Positions 25,176 through 36,000 of a stretch of DNA of 64,000 nt are shown in pieces. How positions within the stretch are numbered: position 1 is the stretch's first letter; the number at the start of each line of letters is the position of its first letter. Origin of the DNA: Leucoraja erinacea (taxonomy: Eukaryota); assembly GCF_028641065.1 (NCBI RefSeq), contig NC_073398.1:21824001-21888000 (forward strand), in the 5' to 3' direction. Both the position numbers and the translations under genes were made by a program. The notes beneath the pieces were generated by a model, which saw nothing but the letters and a program-made list of their open reading frames with translations, had not been told where the DNA came from and searched no databases.

Positions 25176-26974
25176 AACTTGTATCTACAAGAGAAAATTG
25201 TCTAGAAGCAATTACGAACACAATTTGCACCTAACTTCAAAAGGACTTGTTTTTAGTACGTGCTCTTGCAAACATTCTGAACAATCATACAAGGCCGGCT
25301 TATATGTGATTGACTAAGCTGCTACTGTATTGAAACTTTTGCTAAATCCCAGTTAACAATTTCTTTATTCACTACTGATATCTGTCAAACTAAAATTCCA
25401 TCTTACAATTTACAATGGTACTGTGGGTTGACCTTATAGCATGGTGCTTTCAATCAGAAGTCGTGAACTCTAGCCTTGTTGGCACTGTTCACTTTGAGAG
25501 CACACATAGGGACGGATTACCTCTCCAAAGACGTTACTTTCAAGCATTTTCAAATGTTATCTTGTATGTTGTGGGTGTTATTCAGATTGTAAAATGGCAA
25601 ATGGGTAATTACAACAACAATGTGACAGAGAATGTAGAAACAAAGAACAACAGATGCTGGTTAATACACAAAAGAATGACAAAGTGCTGCAGTAGCTCAA
25701 CAGGCGAGGCAGCATCTCTGGAGAACATGGATAGGTGACGTTTGGGGTCAAGGCCTTAAACATCACCTTTCCATGTTCTCCCGAGGTGTTGCCTGACCAG
25801 CTGAGTTACTGCAGCACTTTGAGTACATCAAGGTGATATGGAGCTGTTTTGATTTCCGCATTCCAATGAGCATGGCCATCTCCCCTTTACTGCCACACGT
25901 ACTTCATCGTTCTGGGCTGGGAATAGGAGAAATCAAACAAGGCTTTGAATTTGGGTCACTACCAGGTTGGAACTCCTCCTGTTTGATAATGAGCTAAAGC
26001 AACCTCTTTTATAGTAACCCCAACTTTTAATGAAATTACCAACATGAACTTTTTAGACTGGCATAGAGAACCGTTGCTTTAATTGGCAACAGAAATAACA
26101 TAAGGCTGCAAATACCCACTGAATAAACGGTGTGTTACAGGGTTTCAGAATGGAGATAAAATGTTTTAAGAATAAAGCAATAAAGACTTTACTGCTGGTA
26201 TAATTATCATACACTACTGCCAGGTGAGGGTTTGCTGCATTTCCCACAGTCCAACAGTTTTATTGGCCTTTTACAGATATTGTTTACTTAATCAACATCA
26301 CTTCTTGTAACTGCGAGAAATATACGGATTGTATGGCCAATTTTGCATGAACATTTCAAAAAATATGAACTTATGATAGATTTGCAGGTTGGTTGAGTTG
26401 GCATGGAGGCCTTTATTTTTTTTTGGGTGAAAATACTTTCAATATGAAAGACTCCACCACTCGATTAAAGGAATAGTTCAGTTATACGGGAGTATTGAGA
26501 GTATCTGCATAACTACAAGGAAACTTGACATAGTTAAACACAAACTGAAAGGAAATACGGTGATCTCAGTTCTAAACCATTTAGTTGATAAGACTGAGCA
26601 AAAGAGGAAATCTTTTGCTTATTTAATTGGATATTTAAGGATTTGGAAATTACACAGTTCCACGGAAGGGAAGCAGGTTGTTGGCCCAGAGAAGTTTGTG
26701 CTCAGCCATTGCCACAATTCATTTTTAATCCCAGTTTGCTCCAGATCTCTAATCGTCTTTCTAGAGAAATAACGGTTTCCCTTTTTGATGTCTCAACTGG
26801 TTTTGGCAGCCATAACAGTTTGGTCAGTGCTCACGGACGCAAGTTTGCTGGATTCTCTTTCTGTTGTAGTACTTTGAATCATACTCTGCCAACACTCCAT
26901 ATTTGTTATACCACAAATTACAGAGCCAATGTCAAGATCTGCACTTTACTGGCTCGTGTTGGGCATTCATATGA

Positions 26975-27297
26975 TCATAAAACATAGCAGAATCAGGTTA
27001 TTCGGCCCATTGAGTCTACTCCTCTATTCGATCGTAGCTGATCTATTTTTCCCTCTCAACCTCTTTCTCCATCTCCCTGTAACCATTGACACCTTTACTA
27101 ATCAAGAACCTATCAATCCATTTTTTTTAATACCCAATGACTTGGCCATGTGACATTGAATTCCACAGATTCACTACCCTCTGGCTCAGGAAATTCCTCC
27201 TCATTTCCATTCTTAAGGCTTGTCCTTTTATTCTGAGGCTGTGTCCTCTGGTCCTGGACTCTCCCACTACTGGAAACATCCTTTCCACATCCACTCT
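26975..27297 (-). mobile_element. CR1-type LINE 3' fragment
   Basis: ORF 27127-27333: [36 protein letters not shown]. Confidence 0.8.
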
Positions 27298-28931
27298 AGG
27301 TTTTTCATTGTTTGCAAAACCTGCACTTCGCATGATGAATAGTATGTTGATTATATATTTGTTTTGTCTTGTACTCTATGGAGATAAAATTTTCTGTATT
27401 TTTCCAAATCGGTTTAATAGAATAAAAACATGCGGCACGCATAAAATATGTATTAATCAGATCTTGGTTTCTGGTTTGATTAAATCTGTTTTTAGGCATC
27501 GCCTCCCTTAACCAATACAAATATGGAAACCACAAAATCCAATCCTTATTGTAAGATACTTTTGTAGCAAAGGTATAGTTTAGTAAAATGTGCCAAAAAT
27601 ATATATGCTAATTATTAACAAATGAGTCAAGTTGTATGTCTGAAGGAGAACAGCTAATTAATTAGAATTGCCAGCATGATATCGGGGTCAACACTGGCTG
27701 ATAGTAAAGCCATTCATAAAGATTTTGCATTTCTTTTAAGCTTTGTAGTTCATGGGTTTACTTTGTTGCCCAAATAGGATGCTGCCACAAAATGGTAGCA
27801 CCTGGGAACTCAATCAGTGACCTGCAAGCTATTACCTTGCTGACATTACTCTCTCTTACTGACAAGTTGATTGGATACATGCAAGAATCTGAATCCAGGA
27901 CAGTCATTTATTTTAAAACTAACTTATATAAAGTACTGTGGTAAATGCAGGACATTTGAAATAAAAGAGAGCTGGAAATAACTATTAGTTTCTCAACCCA
28001 CTCCCGTTCTGAATTCAGTTTTCTTGAAAGCTTCCAATTAACCTCAACAGAAGCTCAAGGTTCAGCAGTTTGTCTTTTATGTTGTGGAGGTTATATCTGG
28101 TAACGTTAATCAAGGTAACATTTCCTTGTGGCTGCTTTGACATCAAGTTTGGCATGGACACTATGGACTAAAGGGACATGGAGGCAAAACTGCGTCAGGA
28201 CGATTTGGAAGCTCAGCCCTCTGGTTCCCAAAGGCATCCCTGGGAACCTTCAGGAAGAGGACTGAAAAGGAAAAGTTCTCTTCCCAGCAGAAGATGGTCA
28301 TTGTTATAGATAGAACACTCAAAAAACACATTGCTGATATTTTGTTACAAGATTAACTTATTTGTGGCCACAAATTGGGTCCCTAAGTCTGTTTTGAATT
28401 GATGTCCCTTTTTAAAAATATGTTCTGAGTTATTCTCAAGAATGACTGCAAACATTTACATAAAAACATACCAAAGGAAATAACACTTAAGACTTCACTA
28501 GTTTTAGCACCATTTGATAAATGAATGGCAGAAATTCTGGATGCAACTTTCTCCACTGTGGCAGTGTTGTAAAACTGAAGAATAGGGATCAGTCACAAAG
28601 TTTACCTTCATTGCCTAATTTTCCCTCCAGTGAACTCAATGGAGAAGATAGTGTGATTTTTATTTTTAATTTGACAATACTTTCTATCCTTCGGTCAAAA
28701 TAAATTCATCGGAAATTTTTGTCCCAGTAGATTCCATTTCTTCTACTGATAAATTATATGATAAATTGTACATACTGTATCACAGGATTTTCAGGTACAT
28801 ATCGGTCAGGGGAAAATCAGTCATATTTGGTGTTAAATGTTCAAAGTGTTGAAAGTTTCAAATTGGACATACTGTTGTTTCTGGTGATTCTGGTGATTCT
28901 GTTGTTGCAGGGCATGTCAATAAATAGATTA

Positions 28932-29892
28932 TCTGTATGACTAAAAGTTTCATCTTGACTACTTCCTGTCTGCACTATGTTGATTTTAGAAAAACGCTAC
29001 CCTATATCGCCATGATTTTTGACCATCTTACTCACAGTCCTCTGCTGAAGCAGTCCCGAGGATTTTTCCGATCGATGAAAAAGAATAAAGTTATGATTGT
29101 TTAAAAAATCTTGAGATCAGCCAATTGGTCCTCTCACCTATCAATCACCAAGGTAACACCCCTTCCGGGAGGGGGGGGGGGGGGGGGGGTGGTGCGGGAC
29201 TATAAAACCCCGGATGCCTGGACATGAGTCAGTCACTCTGGAAGATCGCGAGTGAGAGGCTACAACTGTTATTATAAGTTGTGAATCAACTGAACTGTGA
29301 GTCTGCAATGTAATGATTTGTTAGCCCTTAATGACAATGCAATGAGTTGTTTGGCAATTTGGTAGCCTGCACTCTGCTTGAAATGCTATGAAATTGAATT
29401 TGGTGGCCTGCACACTGCTTCAAATGCTATGAAATTGAATTTGGTGGCCAGCATTCTGCTTGAAATAGAATTTCAAGGAATAGCAGTTGAGTGAACTGCC
29501 AGCCCACCAGCCCTGAGTGACTGAGCTGTCAGCCCACCAGCCCTGAGTGACTGAGCTTCCAGCCCAAGAATCTATTCGGTCCACAATGTCCATACTAGCC
29601 TTCTGGAAACCAGTCCCTTCGGCCCACAGCACCCATANNNNNNNNNNNNNNNNNNNNNNNNNNNNNNNNNNNNNNNNNNNNNNNNNNNNNNNNNNNNNNN
29701 NNNNNNNNNNNNNNNNNNNNNNNNNNNNNNNNNNNNNNNNNNNNNNNNNNNNNNNNNNNNNNNNNNNNNNNNNNNNNNNNNNNNNNNNNNNNNNNNNNNN
29801 NNNNNNNNGAATTGGTGGAGAGGTGGAATATTGCGTTGGGGGACCAGCCATCCTGTGTGAACATGAGACCCACCGGGTCCCACTTATTCTCG
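28932..29892 (+). mobile_element. Non-autonomous Helitron-like element spanning an assembly gap
   Basis: A|TC 5' end; 3' hairpin GACCC-acc-GGGTC followed by degenerate CTCG|T; internal tandem repeats of about 41 bp and 30 bp. Confidence 0.62.
29638..29808. other. Assembly gap (171 N)
   Basis: run of n characters. Confidence 0.99.
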
Positions 29893-30033
29893 TTTTTTAA
29901 TGAAATCTGTTATTGCATCAAACTTGGACATAGAAACTAAATTATCAATACATCATAAAATCTTTCAGAAATATATTCACATCCACTTTCACATTGTTCT
30001 TGGCATCCAGTAATTCCCCTTGTTTTCTATCCT

Positions 30034-30068
30034 TTACATCCATTTCCGCAGCCCGATCTCATTATTTC
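30034..30068 (-). CDS. Gene B terminal coding exon candidate: NNEIGLRKWM*
   Basis: strong acceptor tctttcatattttcag; GLRKW resembles TGQRRW of gene A. Confidence 0.62.
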
Positions 30069-33000
30069 CTGAAAATATGAAAGACAAGTTAATAGTGGTC
30101 CATGTCCAAGATCTAAATACCATGTAGAATAGCTGCTGTTAGAGAAAACATCAATTGCTCATGGCAGATCACATTATTTGGATGTACAGTTTTTCCATTA
30201 AACGATGCCTGCAATCAATGTTTTTTAAAAAAAAAAAGCAAAATTATTGGGATTAAGAAATTAGTGTGTTATTTAATGTTTTATTTGTGGAGCTACCTCT
30301 GGTTGTGGCGGAGGTGGATCATGGCCTTAGGATAGATCTCAGCTCGTTTGGGGCCGGTGATGTCCTGAAACACAAAACATCACCATATGACCATGCACTT
30401 CAAGCTTATTGGTAACAAAAATGATTTGGGCGGACGGATACATAAAGGTTTTGAGCAATTTTCACCATCTTTATTTTTACCATGTTTTCACCATGCAATT
30501 TTCACCATCTTTATTTTTAGGGCGTAAAACCTAAAATGTTGCAAACATGTGCAGAACTTGTTGAAGGTGACATAAATAAACTTGTTAAAGTATGTAGGGA
30601 CCTTGACTTAATAAACAGAGACTAAATATGAAGGCATAGAAGTTATTCAATACCTTCATAAGTTATTGGATAGACTTCAGCAATTTTATACCCAATCAGT
30701 TTTATTGACCTGGAACAATAGCCAGATTAAGCTCCAATGGAGAATTAGTTCATGAAATTTGGAATGATCCTAGAATACCGATCAAGGAATTGCAGGCACT
30801 GAACTGGAGCGTCAAAAATGATGTAACGGTTTTTCACGTGAAATCCAGATATTGAATGTTGCTCACATTTTGCTACAGCTTATGTCTGTGTCTAATTATA
30901 CATTGTTCAAATAGACATAATCATTCACAAAGATCTAAACACTTCCATTCCAAACTAATTGTTCAGAGGATCAAAGCAAAGAGAGGCTCCAATGCTAAAA
31001 CAGATCACACATTAAAGGAAGCAACCCTTTTAACACAGCTTTACTCAAATGTGTACATTCTGATGCTGGCTTTGAAAAAAAATGATAGATTCCAGGATAG
31101 TAAGTGTTCATGAACAGGATGAAATGTTTAAACTTAAACAACATTTACATTTGTCGAATTAAGGCTCTCATCTCCACAGTTATTTTGACTAGAATGACTC
31201 AATGCTACAAGTTAAGAACCGTAGCTAATTAATCACCCACTGAGATAGTGACCCCAGTAGTGAGTGAACAATAGTGAAATGTTATTTCTCTACCTGATGG
31301 GAAGCAGATTCCTGCACTCATTGCCTACGCAAACAAAATTGTGGCTTCTGACCACAATGATCACCCTCAACTATAGATAAGCAGATGTGGGCTGCAACAT
31401 CTACAAAAGGTACTACAGCGACTTGTCAAAGATTCATTTGTCACACTTTCTAAACCTACATTCTGTGTCACCAGGAAATAGAACTGAATGGGGTTTGATC
31501 TACAAGCTTTTGCAGAGAATTGGCTCCAAAATGACCAAGGTTGGGATTATTCCAGGATACTAAACTTTACGAAGAAATGGGCAAAACGTAAAAGGAGATG
31601 CTGCAGCCCTGATAATAGACTTGGATAAAGAAGTATAGAGGAAATCTGAGAAACATGAAAATAGGGGGAGTTTGAGCAGTCTACATATAACTGTAACAAT
31701 TACAGCAGAGGCCAATTCTAGTCCGTGCCAAAATGACCAAGGTTGGCTCAGACCATAACCCTATTCCAGGTCCATATAAATCTTTACGAAATGATAAAAA
31801 ACGAACCTGGCAAACCTTCACGGAAGCTCATTCCACACAGCCACCACTCTCTGAGTAAAGAAGTTCCCCCTCATGTTACCCCTAAACTTCTGTCCCTTAA
31901 TTCTCAAGTCATGTCCCCTTGTTTGAATCTTCCCTACTCTCAGTGGGAAAAGAAACTCTGTCTATCTCATCATTTTAAAAACCTGTCTAATCTGAAAGAA
32001 ACATAGAAAACTAGGTGCAACCCAGGCAGTAGTAAATCTCCTCTGTATTCGACCCTTCGACCATAATTGTACACCATATTCAATATTGATCACCAATGCC
32101 TGTACAATTTTAATATTACATCCCAAAATACAGTGCCCCATTCCTGTTTTTTTTCCCCCCATATCCCTTGATTCCGTTAGCCCTAAGATCTATCTACAGC
32201 GATTCCACTTTCAGGGAACTGTGCTAACTCTCTCTTCCCTACCATTTAAAACACAATTCAATATGATCATGGCTGATCATCTAAAATCAGTGCCACATTC
32301 CTGTTTTTTTTCCCCCATATCCCTTGATTCCGTTAGCCCTAAGATCTAAATCTAAATCTCTCTTGAAAACATCAGATTTCATTCTGTAGAAGATTTAGAA
32401 GATGAGATAAAAACGGAAAATAAGAAATGGAGAAGGTGCCATGGAGATTCATCAGGATGTTATCAAAGTTGAAGCATTTCATTAATGATTAAATTAAAGT
32501 ACTGTACAAGTTTAGGAGTGAGCAAGAGAAGAGCTGCAAGAACGGTGGAGCTGTCGGAGAGAACGTCACAGTGTTACACTGACCTTGTGATACAGGCCCA
32601 GGCTATTCCAAAGACAACTAGCACTGTCACTGCTGCAGCCAGGGTCATCAGTGCCACAAACCAACTCTCAGGAGCCCAGTAGGCGGAGGTTAGTGACAGC
32701 ACGCTGGTGGTGAACTGGAGAAAAAGTGACAAATCTCCATCAGGTCAAGGCCAGTCAGGCAGCACAGTCAAAATCACTCACTAAAAATAAGCATCAATTT
32801 CTCCCACGCTTTTAAATTGTAGTGCGAAAAAAGATAAACGTGAATACAAGAGAGATTTGGATGAGTGCACAGGACTCTCAATAACATTTAGTACAAGGGG
32901 TTCTGGTGACATTCAGTGCATGGGGCGTCTTTAGATTTTTAGAGATACAGTGTGGAAACAGACCCATTAGCCCACTTAGTCCACGCCAACTAGCGATCAC

Positions 33001-36000
33001 CCGCACACTAGTTCTATCCTACACACTTGAGGCAATTTACAGAAGCCAATTAACCTACAAACCTCTACGTCTTTGGAATGTGGGAGGAAACCGGAGCTCC
33101 CAGAGAAAACCCACGCAGTCACAGGGAAAATGTACAAACACCGCACACAAAGCACCCATAGTCAGGAATGAAACCAGGTCTCTGGCGCTGTGAGGCAGCA
33201 TCTGTACCATTGCACCACTGTGCTGATACCTTAAGCCACTGTGCCGATACTAGGACTCCTGGTGACAGTGAGGGTGCTGGATCAAGGTGATAGTTGGTGC
33301 ATGGGAACCCCAGTGATGGTCACTGCATGCAACCCCCAGCGATGGTCGGGGAGCAGGACCCCCAGTAACATCCAATGCTGGGACCCCCATGATGGGCAGT
33401 GAAAGTGAGCGCGCGGGAACCCAAGTGACATCTCGTGCTGGGACCTCTGCGGATGATCAACGCATGGGGCCTCCAGTGAGGGTGCAGGACCCCAAGTGAC
33501 ATCTGGTTCCAGGACCCCTGGTGAGAGGCAGTGCCCGAGGCTCATGGTGATATTATCAACCAGCACAGTGACCCTGAGAAACAGTGACAGGTGCAGGGTT
33601 GCGGTGGTGCTCTACGTGGCCTCCCTGCATCACCCCAGTAACACCGCAGTAACCGCCCACAATCCCCGAGCTGCAGGTGACCTCTACAGGTGTTGAGGGC
33701 ACAGGGATTACCTGCGTGGTGGTAGTTGTGGTCGGCTGTGTGGTTGTCCATGGCACCACGTGTATCACCACCGTCACTGTGGACGAGAGCTGCTGGTGTT
33801 TGTCTTTGCCAAACTCATCCGTCACTTGGATCAGCAAGGTGTACTCCTTGGAGTGCTCAATTCCTTCAAACGTGCCAAACTGAAACCGCTGAGTGGAGGC
33901 CACTGCCGGAGGATTGTTGCCTGCCCTCTGAAGCTCAAAGAGATCTTCTGCATTTTCTACAAAACATTAAGATGTTTCACTGATGGATTTGGTAGCTTGC
34001 TGAGTGGTGTTTTTTTTTTAAGGGTTAGCCAAATACAGCTTTCAGAATGCTTGAAACCTTCCACTGAAATGAATCAAATGGTGTGTTGCATGGCTTTCTG
34101 GCAGGATGGTCATTACATCCACTCCAACAAGTTAGATAGACAGTGTCTAAAAACTGCATGCATGTGTCTATCGAGTCCAGTTATCCCCTGCTGTATCCAT
34201 GCTCATATCTATTGATTCAAAACCCTGCTCCCACTCTGACTCCAAACCTTTAACCATTCCCTTTTGGTGTTCACTCTCAGCGGGAATCCATTGGAGATGG
34301 AGCTGCTCCAGCCTTCTTTAAAACAGCATCAGCAAGTTCCTGCCCTTTGACACATGTAGCAACCTCTTAGTTCAAGTACACTATCACCCACCCTCATACA
34401 AGTGGGCACAGGCACGGTTGCATTTACTCGTTGTCTGCTCCTCATTTCCCCTCTTCATCTAGTCTCCTCTTCCCTGCCATACTCCAGCCCTGCCTCCCAG
34501 CTGCACACCCAGACCCATTGCACCTTGTGTTCTGCCCATGCCCCTGGCCCAGCTTACCGCAGCCCCAGTAGTCAGTACCACTCCGAGCTGCACACCCGGT
34601 CCCACTGCCCCGCATCATCTGCCCATACCCTTGACCCAGCTCCCACTGTCCCTTGGCCAGTACAACTCCCAGTTACACACCCAGTCCCACTGCCCATGCC
34701 TCTGGCCCAGCTCCCACAGCCCCAGTGGCCAGTACCACTCCCAGCTGCACAACTGGCCCCACTGCTCAGTGTGATCTGCCCATACTCCTGGCCCAGCAGT
34801 CAGCCCCACTTCCAGCTGCACACCAGTTCCCACTGTTGGCCATGCCTCTGCCCCCATATGTTCCCTCTGTCATTGAGCCCAACCATCTGCTGTAAGTGGA
34901 TGATGAAGGCAGAGCAGAGGGGTGTGGATGGCTGGAGTTGTAGCTGCAGATCGCTCCATTTGCTAATAATCTCATGTTGTTCATGAAGGTACTGCCTTTT
35001 GCTCCTTTTCTAATTTTGTTTCTCACACGATCATTAAGGAAATTAACTGGAATTCAAATATTGCCAGATGTTATTGACTTTTCTACAATCTGAGACACAT
35101 CAATCAAAAGTTAATGTACCTAATATGTAAAGATGCCAAATTGTGATGTCTTCAAGGAAGTATGCAAGTGATTGACTTCATGAACCAACCTGCACAACCA
35201 CAATCCAACCTCGACAACCTAGACACCTCTTGCACTGCCGTCGACTTGTTTATTATTCTAATTGTGTTTTGCACTGATGTGTTGTTACTGTCTTGCAGAA
35301 ATTTACATGTGATTTATATATAGTTTATTCTTGTGTGTTGTCTGAGTCTTTGTGCATGTAACAAACTCTTGTGTAGGAAGGAACTGCAGATGCTGATTTG
35401 AACCAAAGATAGAAACAAAAGTCTAGAGTAACTCAGTGGGACAGGCAACATCCCTGGAGCGGGGAAATGAGTGGCGTTTCAGGTCGAGAGCCTCCTTGTC
35501 TCGACCTGAAGCGTCACCCATTCCTTTTTGCTGAGATGCTGTCTGACCTGCTGAGTTACTCCAGCCTTTGTGTCTATTTTCTGGAACACAAAAGATACAG
35601 AAGGGGTTTCACACAAAGGGTGGTGGGTATATGGAACAAGCTGCCAGAGGAAGTAGTTGAGGCTGGGACTATCCCAAAGTTTAAGAAGCAGTTTGACTGG
35701 TACACGGATAGGACATGTTTGGAGGTGACTTCAGAATTAAGGGACAGAAGTTTAGGGGTAATACGAGGGGGAACTTCTTTACGCAGAGAGTGGTAGCGGT
35801 GTGGAATGAGCTCCCAGTGGAAGTGGTGGAGGCAGGTTCATTGGTATCATTTAAAAATAAATTGGATAGGCATATGGATGAGAAGGGAATGGAGGGTTAT
35901 GGTATGAGTGCAGGCAGGTGGGACTAAGGGGAAAAAAAAAATGTTCGGCATGGACTTGTAGGGCCGAGATGGCCTGTTTCCGTGCTGTAATTGTTATATG

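Noticed and set aside
29420-29900. ORFs spanning X runs
   Set aside because: Artefacts of the 171-N gap.
30319-30321. TGA as selenocysteine or programmed readthrough in the gene B tail
   Set aside because: No SECIS was seen, and a 1-nt frameshift better explains the phase of the next (FNGKTVHP) exon.
31294-31347. Open 54-nt phase 2-2 segment on the minus strand (SHNFVCVGNECRNLLPI) as a gene B tail exon
   Set aside because: Weak acceptor and no similarity to gene A; it cannot be supported without transcripts.
34402-34986. 194-aa Pro/His-rich ORF, the longest in the track
   Set aside because: It is the translation of a C-rich degenerate tandem repeat antisense to a gene B intron, with no splice or domain support.
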